Below are positions 1 to 12,099 of a DNA stretch of 64,000 nt, piece after piece (position 1 is the first letter of the stretch; each line of letters opens with the position of its first letter). The stretch is from Eledone cirrhosa (Eukaryota). The stretch lies in NCBI GenBank assembly GCA_964016885.1, contig OZ024741.1, positions 310,434,001 through 310,498,000 of the forward strand, written 5' to 3'. A model generated the notes under the pieces. It did not search any database and was not told the origin of the DNA. It saw only the letters and a list, made by a program, of their open reading frames with translations. The position numbers and the translations under genes were made by a program.

Positions 1-437
1 ATTTGCTGACAATTGTTTCTTCCAGAGGGATGTCTGATTTCATCGGAGCATAGGGAATGTCTAAACAGGTGATTAAAATCCTAGTCGTTCAGAAGGAGCA
101 CTGGTGGAAAGTGCAAGAGGTACAAGCAACAAGTACAGGCCAAAGACGTTACAAGCAAAGAAAAATATAAGATAGGATACACATAAGATATAAGATATAA
201 GATATCATAGTATTGGACATCAGGTAATGTTAAGGGTATATAATGCAGGAATTAATACAATCAATAAGGCATGTATGAGGAAAGATTTATATTACAGCTG
301 AAATAAGCATATTTCGTGTAGAATGTTAAAGCATGTTATACATACTTAGTACTACCCTCCATATTTATAATTATATATTAAACATATATAAGTATAAATA
401 TTGTTATTATTACTATATACGTTTATTTATATTTATC

Positions 438-656
438 TTAGTCCCGGTTACAATCGGAGGTATCCAGTTTAAGTATGAAACAAAATACAATTGTAGGGTG
501 TAAATATCATGTTTAATATAGACATGGCTCCTACAGTACTAGAACTATTTCATTCAAAAGTAATCATCAGGAAAGCAGTTTCCTGATGATTTCTTTGGAT
601 GAAAATATTCTAGTCCTGTAGAAGCGATTTCTATATGAAACATCATATTTAAACAC
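438..656. repeat. Asymmetric fold-back element (family A) with hammerhead-like cores on both arms
   Basis: Arms ~498-574 and ~579-656 are imperfect reverse complements, and the left arm has a ~60-nt unpaired extension. The same structure recurs at ~34155-34372 and ~35495-35712, with a partial copy at ~2457-2510. The + strand reads CTGATGA(583-589)..GAAA(601-604)..TAGTC. Confidence 0.8.
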
Positions 657-1306
657 GACCGTTTCATTGGTAAGTGCAACCTTATATTGCTATACTGCAA
701 ATAGCAGCCACTCAATGATAATTGTTGTTCACGTCCAAATTTTCAAAATAGTGAGTAAGTTACTCTTAAAAAAGTTCTTAATATATAGAGAAAAATATTT
801 TTGGGGAATTGTATTTACTAGTATAGAGAGAGAGGAAGAGGAATTAGAAAGTGGGGGGGGGGGGGGGACAAACGGAATAGTATAGAGAGAGAGGAAGGGG
901 AGAAGCTTTAGGAAGTAGAGTGACAAATTGAGATGGCGGGAGGGGTAGAGGTGGAAGAAGTCCTTGAACAGTTTAAATACATAACTTCATGTCGTCGATT
1001 TAGATTGTAGTGAGTTAAAGAGAATTAAATTGTTTATAGTGGGAGGGGTGGAGAGAGAGACGGAGGGGGGGGGGATATAGAGAGATAAATATATATATAT
1101 AAAAAAAATAAAGAAGGGGGAGAAAGAAGAAGAGAAAAGATAGCCAAAAAGGGGTGAGAAGAAAGGAAGAAAACGAAAAGAAATAGAAAAGGAATGAAGG
1201 AGAAGGGAGGATATAGGTATTGGTTTTGTGGGTAATTAAAGGGGTTAGATACAATAAAAGGGTAGAAAGTCTAAGTATATGCAGTTTGTCAGGTGGTAGT
1301 AAGAGG

Positions 1307-2110
1307 TTAAGGGTTCGATTTGCACTTGGAGTGCGAAAACCTTTCTTTGAGTCTATGGTTACAATAAATTGATCTTTCGATTTTATTGTTCAGTAACTTA
1401 TTCTTCGAACTCCAAATGTGGAACAGCTCAAGGTCACATAATCGACAGCTTCTCATACCACTCCGATATAGGGGCGCGTTCGATAATTTTTTCCACTTCA
1501 GGGTGTATTGGTGGTTACTTTCCATCAGTTGCCAGGTCTTGTTTGCAAGGGTAGTTACATAACGATGCTGGGAATGTTTCATTGCCTAACGGTGTGTATA
1601 CCAACGGGCTTTAAATGTATTCCTAGTCGCTCCGATGTAATACCATTTCTGGTTGTCTGATTCTACTGTGCATTGGTAAACCAGGTTAGACTGCATACAT
1701 TCATTATGTAATGGACATGTTTCAGGTAGGTGGCAGTTACATTTCTTGTCATGGGGAATTTTTGCATTATTGGTGGGCTGCGATACCTGTACAAGTGTGT
1801 TACGTTTTGTTTGCATATTAGTGGGTGGTTGTGTATTAGATATTCTGTTGTGTTCAATGGTGATTGTATTGTTATTGTTATAAATTTGTGTTATGGTGTT
1901 GTTATGTATCTTTTTAGCGTTAAGCATCTTAATGTGTGCCTCTATGTTTGGTGCCGTGGAGTAAGATAGTCTAATAGATTTAGTGTTAAGGAATTTGCTG
2001 TATCTATGTGAATCTGGAAAGTGCTTATTTATTATTCTAAAGAAGGTAGAGGGTAGGTTAGTACTAATAGAGGTGTTAAATATATACCAAATATACCAAA
2101 TATATTTTCT
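1307..2110 (-). mobile_element. Penelope-like element, GIY-YIG endonuclease region (Naiad-like), disrupted
   Basis: ORFs 1586-1927 and 1307-1582 give CNC..CPL..C..NLVYQC..YIGATRNTFKARW..H and W.L..W..Y..CRLC..E..LN..CNH, a Cys-rich PLE GIY-YIG pattern, split by a stop codon. Confidence 0.8.
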
Positions 2111-2507
2111 ACTGCGTGACTTGTTTGATTTCGATGTTGTATTTCTATTTACAGTATCATTTGTAAATAGAAATGTGTAAATGCGTGTGTACGTGTGTTT
2201 CAGGAGTTTGTGTCATGCGTGTCCGTGTGCGCTTTGCGGAGGCTCTCATCTATATATTCTACTCTATCTAAGTGGCCTGCTTTGTCTAGTGCGGTATTGT
2301 AGTATTCTGCACTTTCCTCGAAGATTTGTCGGTTAGACGAGAGGCGGGAGATCCTAAGGGATATGCTGCGTGGAATGGATGTAATTATGGATAGTGGGTG
2401 GTTTGAGTTACAGTTGATGTATGCTAAGTTTTATACATATGTGTGAGTGTGTGTGTGTGTAAATATGATGTTTCATATAGAAATCGCTTCTACAGGACTA
2501 GAATATT

Positions 2508-2646
<139 letters not shown>

Positions 2647-3148
2647 AAATATGTATGTACATATGTATATATATATATAAATGGCAACCCCACCAAGTTT
2701 ACCTGGTAAGGCGAGTGATTTTGGACACTCTGCAGCACAAAAAACAAAACCTACAAAGGACGGAAGAACTCACAAGAGTCAACGGCCATCCAAAAGTGTG
2801 TAAATATGTATATACACATGTACAGCACAGTTAAACCACTGGGAGTGAAGGACCCTTAGCCTTTGTCAGTGCATTCTTCTAGGAGAAGGCAACTCTGGAA
2901 ACTGGGATGACTCCGATATAAAATCTGCAGGTCAGTAGTTAGCGATGATGTTGATCTTTTCTTCTTTTCGAGTTATAGCTACTGTCGCTCAGAGAGTGGG
3001 ATTGGTTCAGTGCACAGTCTTTCCTCACTTTAAAAAATATCTTCATGCACAGGCATTGCACGATAGAATTAATAAATAATTATTAATAATGGTATATCAT
3101 GCAATAGCCATATTCGATAACGAGGGGGCAGCCATTATATATAAATGT

Positions 3149-3264
<116 letters not shown>

Positions 3265-4229
3265 ATATTAAAATAACAGATTAGAGTCTAAGCAAAGAAT
3301 TGCTGCTTTCATCCTTAACGGGATCTTCTGAAACAAAAAAAAATCAATCTGTGAACGCAGAAGTAAATATTTCGAAAAACGTTGCAACCGAAGGAAAACA
3401 GGAAGACGATACTTTAGTTCGTGAAGACGTTCCCTGGCAATGAACGACAAAAAAGCGAAGATAATACGTCATTATGTAGAGCGAAGAGAACAATTACACG
3501 CAAAGACAAAACCACGTATATGGTATAAATGAAGTGTTAGACTAATATTCTATTCAGGAAAACGAATGATTCTCGGCTTTAGAGTTAAGAATAATGTAAA
3601 TCAATTAGTAGAACGAAAATGACAGAGGTTATTGAAATCAACAATAATTAAATATATATATACACGCATCCAACACATGCATACGCGAAAACACCTGCCA
3701 TGGTATGCATATACAAGCACGTACACATAAATGCGCGCACACATACATAAACCCGCGTGACACCTCTACCCGCACACATACGAACGTATGCACCAAATAC
3801 TCATAAAAAATGTGTGTGTGTGTAATTATATAAACGTATATAAATATACACACATAAATACGTATATAACGCATTCTCACACATAACTACAGGTAAATAC
3901 ACATATGTTCACTAAACGTACGTCAACCAAAACACAAAGTACACATATACACACCTTACATACGTGCAAACACGCATACACTCACAAACACAAAATACAC
4001 ATGTACCAGTATATATAATATAATATATACACCTATACCAAATACAAGCAAATATACGTACGAGAAAATATACGTACCTTCACAAAACATACGGGTAAGG
4101 TATACTTACCTATACAAATAAGTAATGGTATAAACGTAAAATATACTTAGCTACCACATCAAGACGTAAATTATCCGCGTATTGTTCGTACTATCCGTTA
4201 GGGTATAATGTGGGGCTGTAATACAGGAA

Positions 4230-4530
4230 AGTGTTATGCAATTTGTGTTTACAAGCCGAAATTGCCTCAGATTATTTGTTTAAGATGTGGTCATTGGCGT
4301 AGAGTATTTCCAGGGCTTTAGCGGCACAAAGATAAGATCGCATGGTTTTTTTATTTCCGTTATACGATCTAGCCTCAGCAAGGATCTCCCAGTGTAACCT
4401 ATATTGGGTGTGGTTGTCTTTTAAACTCCAGATATAAGCTGAAAGTGACGTCATATTACTTCTTAAAGTCTTAAGAAAAGAATGGGTGTGCATGTAAAGA
4501 CGCTGCTTGAATCTATTGGCGGTTAACCCT
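4230..4530 (-). mobile_element. Penelope-like GIY-YIG C-terminal fragment (Naiad-like)
   Basis: TSLSAYIWSLKD..Y.LHWEIL..A.SY..YLC..ILNK*SEAISACKH, homologous to the products of 1307-1582 and 24841-25167. Confidence 0.75.
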
Positions 4531-5232
4531 ATATAGGCCCTACGGGACGTGGGTGTTTCGACCTTACATTTCTAGACAATGTTACACGAGAGGCATTTCG
4601 CGGATAGAGGGCATTCAACCCGATTCCTAAAATTAGAGTTAGTACTATCGTATCCAGGCTGTTGTGTGTTGGACGAAACCGGCAATCAGTTGTGTCCACT
4701 ACGAAGATCACTCCGCACCCTTCCCATAGTCAATATGTGCTGGCTCCTCTCGATGGACACGTTTGAAAGGGTTGAATATCTGCATATTCCTTCAGACGAA
4801 GCCCTAATCAAATTTACAGGTTTAACACCAAGAGAAATTCCAGGTCAGAGAGCGAAGTTCTACCCTCGAAGTTGTTTCTTGTAAGGTGAGTTAATGATGT
4901 GGGCATGAAACGTCTGAATGGGCCCGCTCAGAGAATGTGAATGCATTTTGGAGGAGGACGGCTAAGGCAGAGCACACGTCCTAGAGATCAGGGCATTCGT
5001 AGTTTTATGGGAATTTTCGACGAGCAGACCTCAAACGTCTCCACCCTATTGTGGATTTGCCTTTGTTTAATTTTAATTGTTACCATTCTTTTATTAATGT
5101 TACACTTATTTGCACATACAACCCACAAACTGACACACGCACGTGTCTGAGTGTGCGTTCCTGTCGGTGTTTGAGTATATGTATGTGTAATTGAAATATT
5201 TTACGGATGAAAGGTTATGATACACCCCCCCC

Positions 5233-5314
<82 letters not shown>

Positions 5315-6399
5315 GTGTGTGTGTTTGCGCATCTTAGACAGGTTCGGTTGACGGCACTTCCTGACATGTAAAGCAACGTTTCCCAACATATGCGATATCA
5401 CTCGATGGTGGGCGATTCTAACTGTTGCACGCGCAGTGTGCAACCGAACGGAAAATGGTAGGTAATTGGAAAGTTTTGTGGTGGATATGGGATTTTTAGT
5501 ATTATGGTGTTTTAACATATGTTACCCGAGAAAGATATTCAAAGGAGATGTACAAAGAACCCGTTTAACAAAACCGGACGCTCTGCGAGAAACAAATCCC
5601 GAGATAAGATGTGAACAATCCAGCAAGCAAGGGATATTTTGGTATTTTCTATAGTTTTAAGAATGTTCATTAACATTCAAATAGTTCTTTGGATGAAATA
5701 TGTATTTTTTCGCATATAAATCAGGTAAGGGAAGACCAAGAATAACTTTTCTAGTAAAATTATCAAATGACATCAGAAGAAAATTTCCAACGCCAGCACC
5801 GGTATCGCAAATAAAATTGACACACGCGATGACCACTAAGAACTATGACGACAGGCTGTTGACAAGGAAATGCGGACGATACTACCAATCAAAATATGAG
5901 AATCCCAAGATGGTAACTATCCATAACCCAAACCGCATGCTCATATAAACAGAAAGCCATTTGATCTTGTTGGATTGTATTGATTGGCAAATGATTGAAA
6001 CGCTCTTGTCTTGTTGCATTTGTGGATTAGTGACACGGACATCCAGTAGCAATATAAAATATTGAACGAACAATTGTTTCAGTGTATTGTACAATATTTA
6101 AACACCTCGATGTCGCCATTTAACAATATTTGTGGCCAATACAACATTATTATTTTATGGAGTTATCGCTTCACCACAGAGCAGTCAACCAAACTTTAAG
6201 CAATGAAACCTTCACTATAAAATATCATATATATTCTAATCATGCCAACCAGATGGAACAACCACCTTTATCATATTCTGCCAAATTAAAGCCTCATTCG
6301 AAAAGCGTAAAATGTCGGAATTTCAGAAAGTAATTAGACAGGAAATAAAGTGACGATTGCGTTGTACTACACAGCTTTACCGGCCGCAAAGGTCGGTAC

Positions 6400-7865
6400 G
6401 TCGCACACATTATGTAAAACATTACTTCTATCTATTATTGAAGAAATTCCCTCAACTGTAATGCATAAAAAATCACATTATGAGGATATTTCCACTTAGT
6501 GATAACAATTTTTCGTCGTATATGTGAATAACTATCAACGTCCAAAATACTCTAATCCATTATCTCCGGAGTTCTGAATTGTTCATACAAGTCATCGAAC
6601 CAACAGTTGTAAGAAATCAATGCTTGATTATGATGCATGTTCGTATTTTTAAATGAACATATTCAAATATTTGGGTAGATGCAGTTTAGTGATCAATTGT
6701 TGATTGACCTAAAGGCACGTCTATTTTAGATTTATTAAAGCTATTTTCCAATGAGCCATAACATTCATTGAACAATATTGCTGACTGTGCAATTGATGGA
6801 GGGGAGTGTATGTTTCATTAGGTAAATATAGAAGTTTCTCTTCTCTCTTAAAACGTGGAATATGTCATCCTGTTTCAATAGTCAATTGTATGGTTCACAG
6901 GCAGCAATTAGAGGCAAAGATAACAACGGGAGGCTTTGCTGATGTCCGGCAGTTAGTTGTTGAAACTGTGAACAAGCTAAAATTGAATTCTTTGTCTGAA
7001 CGAAATTTTCGTCCACTCAGCCCTGATAATGATGATGACTATGTGAGGCTTTTGTACCATACTGAAGTATAATGGTTGTCAAAAAGCATCTGTGTTGTCA
7101 GTTTTGTCGATCTTTTTGACATAATATTTTTTAATACACTCCACTATACAGTTCTCTGATTATTTCAAAATGTGATATTTTTTCCTTAGTGACATTCGCA
7201 AAAGTAAATGATCCCAATACATTATTGCAAAGTAAAATACGCTTTCCAACTGTAAATCGCCTTCAATGCTTTCATTTCTAAAATAACACTCTATAAGATA
7301 AATGTTTCGTGGGGATCAAGTCCATCAATTTCAACGATTGAACAGCTCGAAAGATGAATTCATTGATGAGGATGTCATTACATATCACAATTATTTGCTA
7401 CCATTGCATGATGACATGGTACAGATTTCAGGATATTATCGCATTGTCAGTTCCAGTTTTGGATAACAACCCGTTTGAAGTAATCGATTGCAAAGACTAT
7501 GTGCATAACGAATTGATTTACAAGATGACACTGATGCCACAATGCGCTATCGGTTTTAGAGTAATCACGTCATGTGGTATTATCAAAATATAGTGACATA
7601 TTTTCCAAACCTAATAAAAGTTAATAAAATACAGTTTTGTTCTATAATATGGTAATAGCAGCATCAGCAGTCGCATAAGTCAGCGTTATTTGTTACCCCA
7701 CTTTGATATTTTTTATGACATTATAAAATGTTAGTTTACGAGTAACTACCAAACTTTTACCAAATATTTTTGGTATACTTTCGAATATTTACGATATAGA
7801 CAGGCGGTGAAAAATGTTTTCATGTGGAAGTGAGCGATGATGTAACAAGTTTGGGAAGTCTGTAG
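6400..7865 (+). mobile_element. Degenerate hAT (Buster/Charlie-type) transposase relic
   Basis: ORF 6806-7072 has CMVHRQQL (CxxH motif) and RLLYHTEV*WLS, matching the LL.HTEVRWLS motif of Buster/Charlie/SPIN transposases. Many stops; ends approximate. Confidence 0.75.
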
Positions 7866-7879
7866 TAGAATATATCAAG

Positions 7880-9905
7880 CACATTCAAAGTTTAGTACCC
7901 CATTCCACGGTTGCAGTGCCAACACAAAGACTTCTGCAAGATATCAATCGGTCATGGAGCGATAGTTTGCAGCAAGAGAGCAGTTAGTTGATTCTCATTG
8001 ACACATATAATCTTTCGAGGACGTCGTCGTTCTTTTCCGACACTAATCCTCTATAGAAGGCCAAATAGGAGTTTGTAGAGAGCGCAGTGCCCGATTGGTA
8101 GTCAATCACTCCTTCGCGGTTTGTTTCACCCAGGATTTCAGTATCGTGAAGGAGGTGAGCTAAGGAAAGACGATTCACACCTGATCACCGTCAAGGTAAC
8201 ACTGGATATGGAACTACCTCCCCATGTGCTGATTCGGATGTCACTGATGTTTTTCTGGTTAACCTTTGCTACAGTTATCGCCTTGCACACGCGTGAGCGA
8301 TGCCTAACACCCAGGTTTCGCGGGATGGTCATCAGTGCTTCCAACTTTTGAGGTAATAGCTGAAGATTCAGTACGCGCAAAAGTTGTTACAGAAGGTATC
8401 CTTTATGGAGCGAGCTCATGATACGGAACGGCGCTGTATTTGCAGCGATCTATCCCCTGAAAAGTCCCCATGACCGAATGCCTTAAAGAACGCAGTCAGG
8501 TACCGATGGTCGACATCATCCAAAGTTTTCAATTGATCTGAGATTATTAGTGCGCTATCCAGGACAGTTTCTCAGTCACCCTCTCTCTGATGTATGGGGT
8601 GGTATTTGTCCTGGAAGGACATATCGGGAATGACACATATCCGCTCTCCTACACTAGCAGAACCTCAACCAGAACAATAGCTAAAGTTTTAAAACTTATC
8701 AATATAATCATCCTTGTTTGGTTGCATTCCTTGCAGCGCTGCAGCACCTCGACATACAGAAATTGAATTCTGTCATTCTTTTACCAGTTGGTGTAGACAT
8801 CTGAAAAAAGTCGAATTGTGCATTTGTTGCCCCGTTGTACCACCGCAACTGGGCCAATCAGATGTTTTTTGTCAATTCTAGGAGAATGCACGCTAAATCA
8901 AACACAACTGCATACTTGCTTCACATTGAAGAGTTAGTCAAGGCTCAGTCTCAGTAGCAAGCAGACATGATGCTTTCCTAAATACCCTATAGTGCTTCCT
9001 GCCTAGTTCTCTCTTTATTTCTTTCGATTGCTTTTCCTTCACTACACCCGAAGGATTATATTGTAAACGTCATTTTGATGGGGAATCACCATTTGTTGTT
9101 GGCGATTGTGTCTGTCAACGCTTAACTAATTTCGCACTCCCGCCTGTGTAATCTTTGGGCCCTGGAAGTGATTTCTTCATTTTCCAGTCATCTGTGTAGT
9201 GGAGGACTTCCAATTTTTGGATGTTATCACTATCAACTACTCTACAGCCAATCTAGATACTCTATGAATGACTCTGTCATTTGAACAGGTCTATAATGGT
9301 TCATCGAGGAAATCCACTCGGTAATTATCAGATTGTTGGTAGTGACTGAGAAGGTTTTTTGAGGCTTTTCTGACCTCCTCCCCTGTCTACTAGTCTACAC
9401 AGGCACAGAATTCATTCAAGACCCCATTCCAGTAGCTCATTAACAACTAACGAGGACCTTTCTTAGAAAGTTCTCCAGATGGCCCCAAAATTCTATCCCA
9501 CTTGTCCCTTTCAGAGCTCTGACGGTCTCTAGCCCGAATGCATGTCCTTCGCTGTTGATCACGTCCAGATCCATCAACTTAACGTCTGGGTCCAGGAAGG
9601 GGGTACATATTGTGAAATCTGAGCGTTTACAAAACAACATGAAGATTCCCCTACCCTATTCTGGACAACTTGGAGATATGTACGCCTCCTAACGACTAGA
9701 AATGCGTACTAAATCTTGAAGCCCGTACATTTTGATTAAGCCCATGTAAACTACATCTATAGTTAGCGAACTGAGGCTGTTAAACGGGTGACAACTGCTT
9801 CGAAAGTGACCCCAGCATATATATTTCACATCACCTAATTTGAGTAAGGCTATGATTTAAGAAAAAGAAAAGAATAGTGATAAAGAGCACACACCTCTTT
9901 TTGCA
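7880..9905 (-). mobile_element. Degenerate Tx1/L1-clade LINE ORF2 (APE endonuclease + RT remnants)
   Basis: FLDPDVKLMDLDVINSEGHAFGL (9440-9640) aligns with FLDPEGKLVVLDVTSGDGQAFRL at 20942-21685. VLNLQLLPQKLEAL..IP (8138-8380) aligns with VLTLEPLLRKLELL.GIP at 56842-57198. Confidence 0.75.
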
Positions 9906-10031
9906 TGGAAGGGTGCATTGTTCTTCCTGCAAATCAGCAAGTGTACGTTTAGTTATATTTCTCTGTAAATAACCTACTTCATTTGGGTATTTGGTTTTTG
10001 TTATGTGTAAATATGTTGTATTATTTGTATA

Positions 10032-10210
10032 GGATTGGCAGTATCGGTAGAGGGTCGGCCGCCATGCTTTGTAGTAAAGTTACGCCCCTTTACCATCTGA
10101 GTTCAAATCCCGCCGAGTTTAATTTTCATCATTACGAGGTCGATAAAATATAGTACCAGTAATGTACTGGTATAATTGCTGGCCTTGTGCCAAAAGTAGA
10201 AACAGTTATT
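10032..10210 (+). mobile_element. tRNA-derived SINE
   Basis: A-box-like TGGCAGTATCGG and B-box GAGTTCAAATCC, followed by the CATCCTTACGGGGTCGATAAAATAAAGTACCAG core (degenerate in this copy). At least six copies in the window. Confidence 0.8.
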
Positions 10211-11879
10211 TGCATAATCTGTGTGCTAGTATAGCGACATGGGTGTTGTGAAATTTACTTGTTCTATGTATGTATTTGTATGTTCTTTATTAAGTCCGCA
10301 TTCTTTGAACTTATGGTCATGAGATTTTTAACATTAGTTTTTGTTAGGTTTTGTTTTGTTATTGTTGTATTTTGTAAATTGGGCTGTGTTTACGGTATTG
10401 GTGAACTTTTTGGTGTCTGTGGCCGTGGCGAGCCTGGAGTTTCTTTTTGTAAATTTTTTTCTCTGTGGCCTTTTATCTTGTCCACGTTGTCTGTAATTGA
10501 GTATTTATCATCATATTTTAATCGTTCGTCTTCTCAGTTTGATTATAGGAGTACACCTCTAATATTTCTCAGACTTGCCGCACGCCATGTATTTTAGGAG
10601 AAGAAGGTGACTATTCTCCTTTAAGTGCATCCATGCAGCTCAAATGAGGCAGTTGGCTTTTCCGATCTCCATTGCTATGCTACAATGATGCTACCAAAGA
10701 TATGAATTTGGTCTAATTTCAGACAACTTAAGTAAGGGACGAGCAGTGAGGGAAACTTTAACCTTCCATTAATTTCAACTTTCACATCAACCTTATCTAA
10801 ACACTTTCCTACTTGGATGTACGTATTTAGCTCCCACACTCAGCCTAAGGCTCCTGGTCTTGAATCTCGCTTGTTTTTAATCCAATTGCACGGGAAGTCG
10901 TTGTGCAACGAATTGTGTTTTGAATTATGTTTGTCGGGATATCAATGTTAATTATGTTGCCGGATTGTCCGACATACAGTTGTAAAACATCCACCACACT
11001 ATACAGCCGAGAGACAAAAAGCCACGAATAATAAATGATAAAAACAATAAATCAAAACGAAAGTAAAAAAGGTAAAAGAAAATTAAATACCTGTAAGTAG
11101 CATAGATGAGATTTATTGAATGTTGATATTTAACACGTGTTAAAGTATTAAGTGTTCATTAAAAATAGGTGCGTAAGGTGTAAAGTGTGATAGATAATAG
11201 AAGACCAAACAGCCGAAAAAATATAACGTTTCCAGAAAATAATAAAAGATATTGCAAATGTTTATAAGTCTCTAAATACAAATTACTAATCAACAAGCCA
11301 TGAGAATAACTGCAGAAAATGAAAGAAGAATATTTAAGTATGGCATGGATTGATTAGCATGAGATTTTGACAGTGTCACCTACATTCGCATATTGGACAC
11401 ATTAGCCATGAATAAAGTAACTCTAACAATAGAAATCATTCATCATCTATATCACATGTAAGTAACAAACAATTCTGCAAATAAATAGAAAAGTTGTAGT
11501 TATATACAAAGAAACTATCCTAGTAAAAAGAAGAATATTTTAAGGAGACACCCACTCATCACTTCTCTCCTATCTAGCACTGAAACCAATAATTGAGATA
11601 CTGAACAAGACTAGACATAAATAATTGAAAATGGAAAATCTAAAGCTGCATGCTGCAAACAGAAGTAAATTGAAACACTGGTGGAAAGACTACATAGATT
11701 CACAAAGGATTTAAGCAGAACTTGAGAAAGCGAACATAATCTTTGATGTCCCAATACGCACAGACGTTAAGACCAAAGACATCTGATCCGATAATATAGG
11801 GAAACAACACAAAGAAAGAGTATTGCTTACTAACTGACGGATATATATATAAGTAGAAAACAAATTACTGGGATAGCCT

Positions 11880-12090
11880 TGGTAAATTGAATGTTCCCGA
11901 AATACGCCGACTTATTCGTCAGCAACATCGAAGCTCAAATTTTCTCCCAGTATACTGCACCTACCCCTGAGCTATACGGCCGTTACATCGAGTATTCTAT
12001 CGGCGCCACTTCTTTCTCCCATGAACAGCTTGACTCCTCTTTTTCTTTTGTCCAGTCTTTCCAACCCACCATTACATACATTATCCCCTT
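11880..12090 (+). mobile_element. Penelope-like RT fragment
   Basis: YADLFVSNIE..F.QY..P.PELYGRYIEY.IGATS resembles the PLE RT YANLF..RYIDD region. Duplicated at ~43360-43570. Confidence 0.7.
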
Positions 12091-12099
12091 AACTAGGTT

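Noticed and set aside
16-75. Possible small + strand exon (TTTCTTCCAG..AACAG|GTGATT)
   Set aside because: Only 43 bp, weak donor, no recognisable peptide, and opposite strand to the EGF exon.
1307-1927. Selenocysteine (in-frame TGA at Cys positions) as reported for some Naiad PLEs
   Set aside because: The conserved Cys positions are Cys codons. The interrupting stops here (TAG) and at 24771-24773 (TAA) are not TGA.
2690-3065. Possible RTE 5' UTR or SINE remnant
   Set aside because: Only a vague motif resemblance (CTAGGAGAAGGCAACTCTG) and no second copy in the window.
11560-11870. Possible RLE-type LINE remnant (FDVPIRTD..PI)
   Set aside because: Too decayed to call from the sequence alone.
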